A stretch of 64,000 nt of DNA from a virus. The notes under the pieces were generated by a model, which did not search any database, had not been told where the DNA came from, and saw nothing but the letters and a program-made list of their open reading frames with translations. Shown here one piece after another: positions 1 to 10,975 of the stretch (position 1 is the first letter of the stretch; every line of letters begins with the position of its first letter). The translations under genes were made by a program, and so were the position numbers. The stretch covers positions 24,713 through 88,712 of IMG/VR virus record IMGVR_UViG_3300019762_000007. One strand, 5' to 3'.

Positions 1-4
1 CATA

Positions 5-796
5 TTACTTTAATTCTAATTTTAATTGTTCTGTAAATGTTTTATCCTCTGCTAATTTCTCAGCTGCTTGTGTAATAGAATAACCTAAGATATTCTCTCC
101 ATGCATTACTACTCCTTCATGGGTAATAGAAACAATATTCTTATTTAAGAACTTTCTAAGTAGCACAGTGTACTTTAATAGTTTATTATCAATAAAGCTC
201 ATAAACTTATTGTAATCTGATTCCATTAAATCGCCTAATTTAGCTTCTACTCCATCTTCAGTAAGTGTTGTAGGATCAAATCCATAAGCATATAGCATAT
301 CAGATCTCTGCTCTAGCGTTAAGTTTTCAAAAGCAGCATTGGCTTTACGTCGTGCTCTACCTCTTTCATTCTCTTTCTTAACTACTTCTTCCTCTACATA
401 TAGAACATAGATAGCATTAGCATTTACATTCAAGTCATCTATACCAACTGCAACTTGTGGTTGTGCTTTAAGGAAGTTGATATAGAGATCTTCTAATGGA
501 TCATCTGAATTAAGCTCCATTACCTTACCATCTACTTTAATACAGAACATGTCCCAGTATTTTGAATTTGGTGCTAACTCTCCAGGTTTTAAATTTAACT
601 TCTGTTCAAATAGTTTCTCTGTACCAGGAATTTTAACAGTCCTCCCTTTATCATCTTTACCTTCTGTGTCGCAAGTTAAACCTGTATTAGGTCTACCATG
701 TTTATCAATAGAAGGTCCAATAGAATCTTTACTTCCTCTGTACTTTAATTTTTTGACCCAAGGGTCCTCTCTTACCAATCTAAACTTGTAAATCAT
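5..796 (-). CDS. Conserved crAss-like head-module protein downstream of MCP
   Basis: 263-aa ORF directly after MCP with its own TAnnTTTG promoter; position typical of crAss-like capsid modules. Confidence 0.6.
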   Translation of the reverse strand: MIYKFRLVREDPWVKKLKYRGSKDSIGPSIDKHGRPNTGLTCDTEGKDDKGRTVKIPGTEKLFEQKLNLKPGELAPNSKYWDMFCIKVDGKVMELNSDDPLEDLYINFLKAQPQVAVGIDDLNVNANAIYVLYVEEEVVKKENERGRARRKANAAFENLTLEQRSDMLYAYGFDPTTLTEDGVEAKLGDLMESDYNKFMSFIDNKLLKYTVLLRKFLNKNIVSITHEGVVMHGENILGYSITQAAEKLAEDKTFTEQLKLELK

Positions 797-817
797 ATTT
801 AATTAATTTAATTTCCT

Positions 818-825
818 CAAATATA
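818..825 (-). promoter_or_regulatory. Bacteroidota-type -7 promoter element (TATATTTG)
   Basis: Matches TAnnTTTG, ~20 nt upstream of ATG at 796. Confidence 0.6.
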
Positions 826-844
826 CAATAATTTCTAGTAACAA

Positions 845-880
845 TAAAAAAAGAGTTGCAGTTTTTAGTCTGCAACTCCT
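845..880 (-). terminator. Intrinsic terminator after MCP
   Basis: Minus strand GAGTTGCAG-loop-CTGCAACTC followed by a T run. Confidence 0.8.
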
Positions 881-937
881 GAAATTAAATATTAGATATA
901 GTTGTTGATTGATCTTCTCTAATTAAGATACTAGTTC

Positions 938-2395
938 TTAAAAATTACCGCCTACCATTACCAATTCTCCGCATGATGTAGGATCTTGTACTTGAATACC
1001 GATCTCTGCAAGCATATGAACCTTGTAACCGTCGAATCCAGAAGAACCCATAATAGAGATTGACTTCTTAACTCCAGAAGGAGACATAGAACCGCCCTCA
1101 TACCACATTACAGTCTCACTATCTCTTTTGGCTACTTTACGAATATTAGCTTTACCATTGATAGTGCCAAAGTTCATGAAAGTGATACGGTAAGACTCAA
1201 TTGGACGACCTGATACAGGGTGTAATTTGCGGTTACGAATAGTATCGTCATAAGGAGCAAATTCTTTCATTGCCAAGTTGATACCATTAATAAACTCTAC
1301 ACGTTTATAATGACCAGTTAGTAACAAGTCGGAACCAGAACCTCCAATAAACTTAGTATCGTTCACCGTAATACCCATAAGAGCAGTATACTCCTTCATG
1401 GCTTTACTGAACTCAGACATACCCATTTTACCAGTTAAGCCTACAAAGTTATGATTACCACCACCTTGTGAAGCATTATAAGAAAGCTCCATTAAGAAAT
1501 CTTCTAATAACTCATAAGTAAGTTTAGCATAGAAACGCTTATTTGCTGGACTAATTTGTTGACGGAAACCAGCACCAGTATAAACAGGTCTTTGGTTTTC
1601 ACCCATTAATTTGACTCTACCTTGTGCATCAGAGTTATAAGTAGATATCAAAAGCATACGGTCAATTTCTTGATACCATTGTGCCATAGCAGTCCACTCT
1701 AACAATTGAGTAAAATAACGTGTTTTCTTAGAACCGTCTGGCGAATATAGTTCGATAACCATAACATCAGTAGCAGCAGAACGAGTAATGCTATATTGCT
1801 TACGAATAGTAGTAAGTCTATTTTCCAGAGTCATAGGAGCTTGGAAGTCTGTTCCACCTCCGTCAGTTGATCCTTCAGAAACAGTAGAATAGTCTTTAGA
1901 GAAAGCACCACCTAGGTTAAAGTTTGAAGCAGCATACCATTTATCATTATCTGCTAGAGTAGGTACAATAGTATAAATAAAATCAATACCATTACTACGA
2001 ACTGCTTGTACACGGTACTGGTTACCATCGTTATCTACAATGTTATCAGTAACTTTGAAAAAGTCTTCTGCAAAACGAACCATAATAGGTGTTTGTCCTT
2101 TACCAGGATTCGCTGTAATATTTATTGGTGCTCCAGAGATTTCAATAACACGACCATCTTGCCCATGAAGGTCCCACTTGTACGTATTACTATTAATATA
2201 CTTAGTATTACCGACACCGCCTGTCAAGGCTGCAATAACACTTTCTCCTGTTGTACCAAAAGCATAAGCAAGAACAGATTCAAACTGTTCTGGTTTTGTT
2301 AAGTACAAATTACTTAGGTGAGATGCTTCAGTCATTCCAGTAGGAATAGCTCTCAACTTATGTAATTGTAACGGGCTAACTGTTGTTTGTTTCAT
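938..2395 (-). CDS. Major capsid protein (crAss-like)
   Basis: 485 aa; gene order TerL-portal-acidic protein-MCP; crAss-type segments (TGAGFRQQI, TGKMGM, C-terminal GIQVQDP). Confidence 0.85.
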   Translation of the reverse strand: MKQTTVSPLQLHKLRAIPTGMTEASHLSNLYLTKPEQFESVLAYAFGTTGESVIAALTGGVGNTKYINSNTYKWDLHGQDGRVIEISGAPINITANPGKGQTPIMVRFAEDFFKVTDNIVDNDGNQYRVQAVRSNGIDFIYTIVPTLADNDKWYAASNFNLGGAFSKDYSTVSEGSTDGGGTDFQAPMTLENRLTTIRKQYSITRSAATDVMVIELYSPDGSKKTRYFTQLLEWTAMAQWYQEIDRMLLISTYNSDAQGRVKLMGENQRPVYTGAGFRQQISPANKRFYAKLTYELLEDFLMELSYNASQGGGNHNFVGLTGKMGMSEFSKAMKEYTALMGITVNDTKFIGGSGSDLLLTGHYKRVEFINGINLAMKEFAPYDDTIRNRKLHPVSGRPIESYRITFMNFGTINGKANIRKVAKRDSETVMWYEGGSMSPSGVKKSISIMGSSGFDGYKVHMLAEIGIQVQDPTSCGELVMVGGNF

Positions 2396-2414
2396 TATTA
2401 TTATAATTTAAAAT

Positions 2415-3413
2415 TTAGTCTTCAATTGTTATCTGTCTATCAAAGAAAGAACCTTCTGGAACTCCTTTACTTTCAGTAACAGTTCTTCTAGTTGTAAGTC
2501 CAGTATTGTGTTTTGGATCAGCTTTTGAGAAGAACTTTCTAGTTTCTCTGACAGCTTCTGTCTTAGCCTTTCTATCAACAGTACCTTTATCGACACCTAG
2601 ATATGACAAATATAAGAGTTTAAGCCTATTTTCCTCTGTATTTTGAAGTTCTGCCTGAGTTTTTCCATCTTTTACTGGCTTAAACAGGAAATCAACAAAA
2701 CCTTTTTTAGATTCAGGTGTCATATCATATCCTGCAAGTTTGTCTAATTTCATAATATTAGACTTTACTTCATCTACATATTCTGCCTCAGCCTTTAATT
2801 CAGCTTCTTTTTGTGCCGCTATCTGAGTCTCTTCAAGTTTACTTAGATATTTCTGTGCGACTTTAGCTTCTTTCTCTCCTTTGTCAAGCTCTAGCATCTC
2901 AGTAATCTTCTCCTCTGCCTCTTCTGGATCATATCCAGTTGATTCGTAATAAGCTTTAAGCAAAGTTCTTTGATTCTCTTCTGAACTAATATCCATAGAG
3001 CCAAATGATCCTACTTCCTCTGTTTCTATAGTAGACATATTAGCCATTAGATTTTCATAATGAGCTTTTATTGCCTTAGTATTATCCTTCAGCATCTCTT
3101 TGAATCCTTTAGGTGTAGGCTCATACTCCTTACCATCTTCTAGAAAGATCAATTCCTCTTCATGTAAAGTATTAGCGATATCCTCAAATATTTCAATACT
3201 ATCTAGCTCTTCTGGAGTTTCTACCGTACCATCTTCTACTACAACTTCGTCTACTAAAACTTCTTCAGTTGTTTTTGTAACTTCTTCTGTAGCTTCTTCC
3301 GCTACTACTACGTCTTCTACTTCAACAGTATCTTCTACTATCTCTGTGTTTTCAACACTCTCTGTAGGTACTTCAAAGTCCCCAAAGAATGTATTAAATG
3401 TTTCATTTGCCAT
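2415..3413 (-). CDS. Acidic scaffold-like head protein
   Basis: Very Glu-rich N-terminus, coiled-coil centre, located between portal and MCP. Confidence 0.65.
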   Translation of the reverse strand: MANETFNTFFGDFEVPTESVENTEIVEDTVEVEDVVVAEEATEEVTKTTEEVLVDEVVVEDGTVETPEELDSIEIFEDIANTLHEEELIFLEDGKEYEPTPKGFKEMLKDNTKAIKAHYENLMANMSTIETEEVGSFGSMDISSEENQRTLLKAYYESTGYDPEEAEEKITEMLELDKGEKEAKVAQKYLSKLEETQIAAQKEAELKAEAEYVDEVKSNIMKLDKLAGYDMTPESKKGFVDFLFKPVKDGKTQAELQNTEENRLKLLYLSYLGVDKGTVDRKAKTEAVRETRKFFSKADPKHNTGLTTRRTVTESKGVPEGSFFDRQITIED

Positions 3414-3426
3414 CTTTTATCTATAT

Positions 3427-5877
3427 TTAATTTTTACTAGGGTTGGGTTTGTTTTTAGCTATCTCAACCTTAGATTTAATATCTTCTCTTTTAACTTGTA
3501 TATCCTCTGAATGTTGTTTATCCTCTATACTTATCTTATGTTTATCCAAATCAATTTTATTGTTAGAGTCCTGTAAAGATAGTTGTTTTTCTAGAACAAG
3601 CAATTCTTTAGCGTGCTCAAATTTCAATTCTTCTCTAGCATCTTCTCTATCATCTGCCATTTGTTGTAAAGCATCTGCTCTATCTAAGGCTTCTTGCGCT
3701 GCTTGTTGCTCTGCTTCAGCTTGTTGTTGCGCTTGCTGCTCTCTAGATTCTACATTACTTACAAGTATACTTGTCTTTTCAGAAAGAGATTTAGTGTTGA
3801 TTGACTGTGCCAAGTCTTTTAAATTTGCTACTCCTTGTTGTATAGCCACGTTTAAAGCTTCATCTAGTTTGTCTAATTTCTCTCCATCTTCAACAGAGTT
3901 AGATACATAAACCCCTAAAGTAGAAGTATTAAGCAGGTAGTGGTCTAGTTTGATTGTCTCAGATGTTAAGCTATCTGTTACATACTCTAATACATCTGTA
4001 TCTACATAAGCAATCTTTGCTGCTTCCAGCATATAGTTAAGAACTTCTTCTTTAAACATGTCGTGCATGTAGAATAGAGATCTTGTAACATTAGTAGACT
4101 GTATAATAGCTCTTTGTGCTCCAGTAGCTGTCTCTGACCTTCCTATATCTCCCTCTCTTTGTGGTGATACCCCTGTTATTGCTCTAATCTGTTCTTCAAG
4201 TTTACTAAGTATTTGCATATATTCTCCAACTATATTGGACAAAGACATGTCAATTGAGTTAAACTGATTAAACTTAGCTATAGAATTAGGATCTCCCTGT
4301 CTTCCTTCTTCTTGTGAATTAATCCAAGCAACACCAAGGTTATCAAAGTGATACATCCACTGGTCTACTGACCACCCTAAAGATTTAGGAAGTTGTGCCA
4401 CGTCCATAATGAACTTTTTACCTTTAGCCTTAGCCAATTCTAATTCAAGTCTATACCAAACAATAAGGTAAAATATTTGATGAGGTTTAATTAAGTCTAC
4501 TATACTAGTAGGTTTAGAATTAAGTTTATTATGAACTATTCCTACATAAGGTAAATAAGGTAACTGGTTTTCTAAAGGTCTTATGTTAATATAAATATCA
4601 CCACATTTATGCCCTTCCCAGATTTCCCATATCCACTCCCACTTAACAGTTGCTCCAATCTCACTTAACTCTTTTGGCATTACATAAGTATCTTCTACAG
4701 TATCAAGTACTTCCTCTCCAGATAGTGGATCAATATATCTAAGTTCCCCTACTTTTCTGAGAGATCTCCAACATACAGTATCAACTTTAATATAATTAGG
4801 TCTATCGTTACTAGAATTAATTCTACTCATGGAATTAAATTCATAGGCAAATCCTAATTGATCGCCTGTTCCAAAAGAAGATATATTTCCTTCTTCAATT
4901 CTTTGAATTTCACTGTCACTTAAATACTCTCCAAATTCGTCTAGAATCGTACCTACGCTTAACCATCTCTCTTCTCTAAACCAGTTGGCTTTGTGTATAA
5001 ATGGTGTATCATTATCTAAATCATAATCTATATGAAGTAAATTTACATTTCTAGTACTTACTTTATCCTTATCTACTGTAATTTTGATAATTTCTTCAGC
5101 ACCAATAATAGCATCATTTAGAGCTACAGAGAATTTATACTTAAGTTTCTCCTCTCTTGACATGTATTCTATCAATCTATTACATGCAATTTCAGATGGA
5201 TGTGCATATTTAGTAGACATCTGTTCTTGTATTACAGCTGATAAAGCCTCAAAATCAGGGTTTTGTACATCTTCTTCCTGAACTGGTTGTTCTTGTCCCT
5301 CTAAATCAAAAGGTTTTGGTGCTTTCTCTTCTGGTACCATTCCTTGAGCAACCCTGAATTTATTATAACTGTCAAAAATTTTATCCTCTGACTCTGATTC
5401 ATTAGGATTAATTAATGGTGGAGTATCAACAGATGTACCATTGGGTTTTGGAAAAGCTTTATTTAGTTGCTCAATAGCAGCATCTAAAATGGCCCTAGAT
5501 TTCTTCTGGCGTTTCTCTGATATAATAGTACCATTTACTGCGACAGCAGAAAAGGCAAAAGGAAGTTTAAGCTCTTCTCCTACTAGTGCACTGATTTGTG
5601 ACCTTATAATATTATACCCACGCATCCTAGCAGGAGCCTCTCCCTCAGATCTACCAGAATTATAAGGATCTAGAATATATTTAAAATCTATATTCTCGTA
5701 GTTAGAGTTAACTAAATCATAATTATCCTCTTTATCTTGCCTATTAGTTCTACCATACTTATTAGTCGTACTAGCAGATGCTATAATAGCGTCTACGTTC
5801 TCATGTTTCCATGTGTCAGTTTTCTTGCTACTGTGTATCCTCTGTTTTGGTAATGTTAATTTAAACTGTTGTTGCAT
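3427..5877 (-). CDS. Portal protein
   Basis: 816 aa after TerL; portal-like motifs (NIIRSQISALVGEE, ITGVSPQREG), Gln-rich coiled C-terminus. Confidence 0.85.
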   Translation of the reverse strand: MQQQFKLTLPKQRIHSSKKTDTWKHENVDAIIASASTTNKYGRTNRQDKEDNYDLVNSNYENIDFKYILDPYNSGRSEGEAPARMRGYNIIRSQISALVGEELKLPFAFSAVAVNGTIISEKRQKKSRAILDAAIEQLNKAFPKPNGTSVDTPPLINPNESESEDKIFDSYNKFRVAQGMVPEEKAPKPFDLEGQEQPVQEEDVQNPDFEALSAVIQEQMSTKYAHPSEIACNRLIEYMSREEKLKYKFSVALNDAIIGAEEIIKITVDKDKVSTRNVNLLHIDYDLDNDTPFIHKANWFREERWLSVGTILDEFGEYLSDSEIQRIEEGNISSFGTGDQLGFAYEFNSMSRINSSNDRPNYIKVDTVCWRSLRKVGELRYIDPLSGEEVLDTVEDTYVMPKELSEIGATVKWEWIWEIWEGHKCGDIYINIRPLENQLPYLPYVGIVHNKLNSKPTSIVDLIKPHQIFYLIVWYRLELELAKAKGKKFIMDVAQLPKSLGWSVDQWMYHFDNLGVAWINSQEEGRQGDPNSIAKFNQFNSIDMSLSNIVGEYMQILSKLEEQIRAITGVSPQREGDIGRSETATGAQRAIIQSTNVTRSLFYMHDMFKEEVLNYMLEAAKIAYVDTDVLEYVTDSLTSETIKLDHYLLNTSTLGVYVSNSVEDGEKLDKLDEALNVAIQQGVANLKDLAQSINTKSLSEKTSILVSNVESREQQAQQQAEAEQQAAQEALDRADALQQMADDREDAREELKFEHAKELLVLEKQLSLQDSNNKIDLDKHKISIEDKQHSEDIQVKREDIKSKVEIAKNKPNPSKN

Positions 5878-5895
5878 ATCTTTATTTTATTTTAA

Positions 5896-5903
5896 CAAAT
5901 ATA
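5896..5903 (-). promoter_or_regulatory. Bacteroidota-type -7 promoter element (TATATTTG)
   Basis: TAnnTTTG in the TerL-portal gap. Confidence 0.55.
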
Positions 5904-5911
5904 GTAATTAA

Positions 5912-8900
5912 TTAAAACAACTTTCTAGTAAAGAACGAATCTACTCTAGTTATGTCTTCTTTTTTCTCTACTACTATTCTATGCATCTGCTGTTTCTGTA
6001 TAATACATAGCATCATTGCAATAACACGGTCAAAGTTTCCAGTAGCATTATAAGTAGCTAACTCAGTTAAAAGTCCTACAGAGTAAATCCTATGTAAGTT
6101 TTTTACACCATCTCCTGCATCTGTAAGTAGCCAATCTCTAAGATAAATCTCAGCCTCTTCTTTTACATTCTTATTCATATGTTGACCGAGCTGTCTATTT
6201 ACTTTAGAATCTACATTTGCTTTAAGTACAGTTGGTGTAGGTGCGAGGTACTGTAAACTATTGTGAGATTCAAAGTAAGATTTAATATTCATCTTCTCGT
6301 TCTCATATAAACAAGTACCATACATATTATAATATACTAATAATCTTCTACAAGTTTCATAGAAGTCTCTAGCTAATGCAGGTCTTGCTGTGTATTCCGC
6401 TACTATCTGATCGTACCCTGATCCTCCTACACATTGCCTCTTCATAATAAAGATAGACCCTAAAGAAACAGAAGTTGCTGCTTTGTCTTGGTCATAAGGG
6501 TCACAGTTATGGTGTGATATGCCTTTAGATAGATATGTATGAGTCTCACATTCTAAGTTATAGACGGGTCCAGTATAAGTAGATTTAGTTACGTCTTTAA
6601 CCTGAAAGTATATGTATTCTAAGTCATTGCTAATAAAGCAGCCCATTTTAGGCTCCTTTCTAATAGTAACTATATCTTGTATTTTAGCTAATTTTATGTT
6701 CTTGTTATTATTTATACCTATTTGTAACTTAATCGTACTATGATGACTAAGTCTTAAGTGATATGTTTCACCAGTTATAGAATTTAAACTATTTATAGTA
6801 GCTGTTCCTGCTTTTCTTAAAAGGTTAATACTGCTGACTATACCTACACTAAATAATATATCTTGAATATCTTCTAGCAATTCTAGACTAATGCTAACAA
6901 ATTCTGTTATAGAATAGCCATTTGTATGTGTTGATATACATCCGTCAGAGTCTAAGTACCCTTCTAACAGTTTGAATTTAAAGTCCTCTTTTATATATTT
7001 AATACTCTCAGATATGTGTTTACCTTTTGCACCTTTTCCAAAAATAGAAGACAAGAAGCGAGATATACCCTCATGAGAGAAGGAGACTTCTACACAATTT
7101 TCTCTAGTTCTACTGTTAGCTGACTTTCTAAATAAATTCTCGATAACAGATTTAAGTCTTTCAATAGTATATAATTCTGTAGCATTAAGTGCTACAGATA
7201 CCCTGTTTCTACCTTTATCACACCAACCATCTCCTAACCACAATCCTACAAACCACCAAAAGTCGTCAGACTCTAGCATCTCTTCTGGGATATAGTGTAT
7301 ATTTAAAGGCTTTACTTTTCTATAAATATTAGGAAACTTAGACCACTGTCCCACAGTTACATCCTTAGCTTCTACATAATCAAAACTAAATAAAGACTCG
7401 TCTATAGTTTTATCTGATCTATAAGGAGTATTACTAACATATATAGGATGCTCCTCTGTAAAATTAGTTGTTCTAAATGTGTTAGACATTTTGAATCTGT
7501 AAGTAGGATGCTCAACTTTATTACGTATTTGTAGATTTATTATACTAATCTCTTCCCCATCTTTATTAATTAACTTATCATCTAAAGAGACCTCTTCTAT
7601 TGATTTCAATCCTGAAGTAGTTATAACCTTTTCACCAGGTGTTAGGCACCCACCCATATACATTCCGTATCCTGCTTCTGGTGTTGGGTGTTCCCATATT
7701 TGGACTGCTCCTGTGTTATCTGCATCAGGTTTTACAGGGTAACCACAAACTTGTAGTTTACCAGAAGTATCAGGTACGAAGTTTACCTTCCCTTCTGCGG
7801 TGGTAATTAGTTCTCCAATCTGTCCTTTTATCTCACCGTCTAAAGAGGCATTTACATAGCCTAATTGGGCACGTAAGTCCGCAACTGGCATAATACTACC
7901 TCCAGCTACTAAGAAGGCCTCTCCGGGGAATATAGGACGCTGTGTAAGCTCGTCATTATATGCTTTCTTATTATTAGCTTTAGCTTTAACTTCTCTAGCT
8001 CTTAATATATAATAAATAGCTGCTTTGTAATCTGTATTACCAAGTTCGTCTTTATACTGGTTGAGTCCCATCCAAGCAGGAATAAACAAGCCAATCTCTT
8101 TATCTGTCTCACCATAGTGATCCTTTCGGGCTACACATGCCCAAGCTCTAGGGTCATAGAATACAGAATAGATAGCTAAACTAGCTCCTCCGTCCATATC
8201 ACCTCCAGTACCTGTCATCCATAATCCTCCAAACTTCTCTCCACCTGCTACCATACACTCTCCTAGCTGTCCCATAGCCCCTAATAGATTATACATTAAA
8301 CCTATCTCGTCTAGAACTCCGAATATATAGCGGTTACCATTACCAGCAAATATATTAGCGTCAAAAGATCTATGTTGGATATTAGATTTAGTACCTTTAA
8401 ATTTCCATGTTCCACCTTCTTTAACTTTATACTCATGTCTAAAAGGATTCTTTCCGTTCCCACAGTCTAGGGAACCAGCTGTAAGCCTAGAGAAAGGGCT
8501 AGGGTAAGTTATAGATCCTACACTTTGAGACCCTACCATTTCCTCCATACCAAGTTTGAACTTTGATACAGTATCACCAGAATACTTAGAGTCAATAGCA
8601 CCTATTAATTGTTCTGCTGTAGGAGGCTTCCCTTGTGAATGGGCTAGCTTAGCAGCTTCATAAGATGTAACACCAGAAGTAATAAAGGTATATCCTACTA
8701 ATCCACTCATTGTATAAGACTTACCTACTCCTCGACTTTCGATATCGGCTAGATTAAGAGCCTCATTAAACATAAGTATTGTACCTAGAGGTTTAGTTTG
8801 GTATTCCCAAAGCATTTCATCTGCTGGTTTATACTTCTTATAAGTACCAGAAGAGGTAAGAAGGCTTTCATGTGCTCTGTCCTTGGCTCCTAGATTGCTC

Positions 8901-9349
8901 AGTCTAAACTTTAGTTCGAGTACATCTTCTTCACTCTCATTAGGATTTAGACCTTCTAGTGCTCTATGTGCTGAAAACTCATCATCTAATTCAAATCCAG
9001 AAAAACCTCGCATTTCATAATATAGATAGAATTTAATCCATTCAACGTCACGTATCTTAGGCCTTCCAATTACTTTACCTTTAATATCAGACTTATCGTC
9101 ATTAAGTTTAATACTCCAGTATTTACCATAAAAGTACATTGCTCCAGGAACCCACTTATGTAATCCTTCATGGCTTACCCAGAATCCATCATATATTCTT
9201 CTTTCTTCTTCTCTCCAATATAACTTATACTTTATTGATAAAGGATTAATAACTTGTACAGGGCCTCTAAGTACCTTATCTAAAGGTATTTTGTTTATAT
9301 ATAGAATCTTATCTATATTAATCTTACCTAAATATTCATCTACTGTCAT
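5912..9349 (-). CDS. terL: Terminase large subunit with intein (~764 aa after splicing)
   Basis: Walker A SRGVGKS, Walker B GVLDEIG, coupling motif MTGTGG, nuclease GG|CDPY and NFDRV. Confidence 0.92.
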   Translation of the reverse strand: MTVDEYLGKINIDKILYINKIPLDKVLRGPVQVINPLSIKYKLYWREEERRIYDGFWVSHEGLHKWVPGAMYFYGKYWSIKLNDDKSDIKGKVIGRPKIRDVEWIKFYLYYEMRGFSGFELDDEFSAHRALEGLNPNESEEDVLELKFRLSNLGAKDRAHESLLTSSGTYKKYKPADEMLWEYQTKPLGTILMFNEALNLADIESRGVGKSYTMSGLVGYTFITSGVTSYEAAKLAHSQGKPPTAEQLIGAIDSKYSGDTVSKFKLGMEEMVGSQSVGSITYPSPFSRLTAGSLDCGNGKNPFRHEYKVKEGGTWKFKGTKSNIQHRSFDANIFAGNGNRYIFGVLDEIGLMYNLLGAMGQLGECMVAGGEKFGGLWMTGTGGDMDGGASLAIYSVFYDPRAWACVARKDHYGETDKEIGLFIPAWMGLNQYKDELGNTDYKAAIYYILRAREVKAKANNKKAYNDELTQRPIFPGEAFLVAGGSIMPVADLRAQLGYVNASLDGEIKGQIGELITTAEGKVNFVPDTSGKLQVCGYPVKPDADNTGAVQIWEHPTPEAGYGMYMGGCLTPGEKVITTSGLKSIEEVSLDDKLINKDGEEISIINLQIRNKVEHPTYRFKMSNTFRTTNFTEEHPIYVSNTPYRSDKTIDESLFSFDYVEAKDVTVGQWSKFPNIYRKVKPLNIHYIPEEMLESDDFWWFVGLWLGDGWCDKGRNRVSVALNATELYTIERLKSVIENLFRKSANSRTRENCVEVSFSHEGISRFLSSIFGKGAKGKHISESIKYIKEDFKFKLLEGYLDSDGCISTHTNGYSITEFVSISLELLEDIQDILFSVGIVSSINLLRKAGTATINSLNSITGETYHLRLSHHSTIKLQIGINNNKNIKLAKIQDIVTIRKEPKMGCFISNDLEYIYFQVKDVTKSTYTGPVYNLECETHTYLSKGISHHNCDPYDQDKAATSVSLGSIFIMKRQCVGGSGYDQIVAEYTARPALARDFYETCRRLLVYYNMYGTCLYENEKMNIKSYFESHNSLQYLAPTPTVLKANVDSKVNRQLGQHMNKNVKEEAEIYLRDWLLTDAGDGVKNLHRIYSVGLLTELATYNATGNFDRVIAMMLCIIQKQQMHRIVVEKKEDITRVDSFFTRKLF
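6506..7648 (-). mobile_element. Intein with LAGLIDADG endonuclease in TerL (381 aa)
   Basis: Starts CLTPGEKV, block B TEEHP, motifs VGLWLGDG and LEGYLDSDG, ends HHN before extein Cys. Confidence 0.93.
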
Positions 9350-9933
9350 ACCATTCCACTATCACCTAAAGAAGGAACTGCTCCTCCAAAACTGTTACTT
9401 GCACTTTGATTCTGTAACTCTGCTCTCAATTCTCTAATCTTACCATATATCTTATCAGTAGATGTGATCATAACATCTAGGTCCTTTGCAGTACCTTTAA
9501 CCAATATAGGCTTAGTACTCCCTTCTGGTACATCCCAACTGTCTAAAGAATAAGGAGTATCCCTAATAAACTTGTCTCTCTCTACTAATTTAGATTCTAT
9601 ATCTCTTAAAGACCTAGATAGTTTTGTATCTATAAAATCAATAAAGGCTTTCTTAGTTACATTCCATTCCTCGCTACTTCCTACATATTTAATAAGGTCC
9701 ATATCTACTATCGACACTGCATTCTCATATGCTTCATCTTCTGGGGCATTATATAACTCACTATCTAAATCCAAAAGTAGAGTTAGTCCCCACATTAGCT
9801 TGATACTCTTGTTCTTGTTAGTACTTCTATCTTTCTTAAATATATCTTTAAAGAAAGGGTGTGCTTTAAATACAGGAAACAGTTCCCAGAAGTCATCTGT
9901 AGCATCTCCATTAAAGGCTTCATAATATTTCAT
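9346..9933 (-). CDS. Hypothetical protein upstream of TerL (small terminase candidate)
   Basis: 195 aa, overlaps TerL start by 4 nt; position only. Confidence 0.5.
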   Translation of the reverse strand: MKYYEAFNGDATDDFWELFPVFKAHPFFKDIFKKDRSTNKNKSIKLMWGLTLLLDLDSELYNAPEDEAYENAVSIVDMDLIKYVGSSEEWNVTKKAFIDFIDTKLSRSLRDIESKLVERDKFIRDTPYSLDSWDVPEGSTKPILVKGTAKDLDVMITSTDKIYGKIRELRAELQNQSASNSFGGAVPSLGDSGMV

Positions 9934-10079
9934 ATCTCAAACATTTTATCTAAATCGTGCATTGTAATTGGGTCCTCTAGACCATCTCCTACAGCTACCA
10001 ACCATTCAGCCATTTCCTCAGGCTTTGGATCATATAGCTCTAAGACAAATCCACCCATTTGAACTTTTATTATTTCCAT
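9930..10079 (-). CDS. Small hypothetical protein (49 aa, not in ORF track)
   Basis: MEIIKVQMGG...KMFEI*, ATGA overlap with next gene. Confidence 0.6.
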   Translation of the reverse strand: MEIIKVQMGGFVLELYDPKPEEMAEWLVAVGDGLEDPITMHDLDKMFEI

Positions 10080-10126
10080 ATAAGTGTAATAAGATTAGGG
10101 AAGTATTTACTCCCCTAACAATTTAA

Positions 10127-10975
10127 CTATTTAACTACTTCTAAGTATATATCACACAGAGATCTTATAGGAGTTATAAACAACATATCTTTATCCCATT
10201 TACCAAGTTTAGAGTATGTAGGGTAATTTTTACCCACCTTAGTCTTTCTAATTTCTGTAACAACCTTAGCAGTAAAGTCAGAATCTGAAACAGATTTCCA
10301 ATCTACTTCGCTGAACTTAATAGACAGTTTATCCTTAACCTCTTTAACTTTAGCTTCAATTTGTTTATTAAGCTCTTCTATTAATAAATCTCTACAAGGC
10401 TTGCGCTCTTTAAGGTAGTCCAATTTAACTGTATCAGAGTAAGCACTCATAACAGCTCTCTGAGATTCTTTGAAAGCTAATACTGCATCCGAGTCATTCT
10501 CTATACCTTCTGGTTGTTCTGGTATCCCTAAAGAAGCGATAAAGGCTTTAGCATCTTTCTCATCGGGTTCGGCTTTGTCAGATACGTATGTAACATAATA
10601 GTAATAAGGAGATCTTTTACACTTATACAGTTCTTTTCTCCAGAACTCTCTTTCTTCAAACAAAGCATTAAAAGCATCAATGGAAATAGTTTTTCCAGCT
10701 ACATCTACAATCTTAGGTATAAGTTCTACATCCTCACTATTATTACCAACCTTAATCACTTTTGGTTTCATGCCACTCTCACCATTATACAAGATAAACC
10801 CTGTATCTGCTATCTTCATCAATTGATCAAATGCTAAACCATCTGGGATAGATGTAACATCGTAGATAACTTTAAATTGGTTTCTATACTCACTAATCTT
10901 TGCAGGACTAGCATTCTCTAATACCTCTTGTTCTAACTCTAAGGCTTTAACTTCTTTTACTGATAATTTTTCCAT
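10127..10975 (-). CDS. Hypothetical protein
   Basis: 282-aa ORF translationally coupled to upstream gene. Confidence 0.65.
   Translation of the reverse strand: MEKLSVKEVKALELEQEVLENASPAKISEYRNQFKVIYDVTSIPDGLAFDQLMKIADTGFILYNGESGMKPKVIKVGNNSEDVELIPKIVDVAGKTISIDAFNALFEEREFWRKELYKCKRSPYYYYVTYVSDKAEPDEKDAKAFIASLGIPEQPEGIENDSDAVLAFKESQRAVMSAYSDTVKLDYLKERKPCRDLLIEELNKQIEAKVKEVKDKLSIKFSEVDWKSVSDSDFTAKVVTEIRKTKVGKNYPTYSKLGKWDKDMLFITPIRSLCDIYLEVVK

Noticed and set aside
10127-10975. Terminase-related role from the ELYKCKRSPYYY motif
   Set aside because: A single short resemblance to a TerL N-terminal motif is too weak to assign function.
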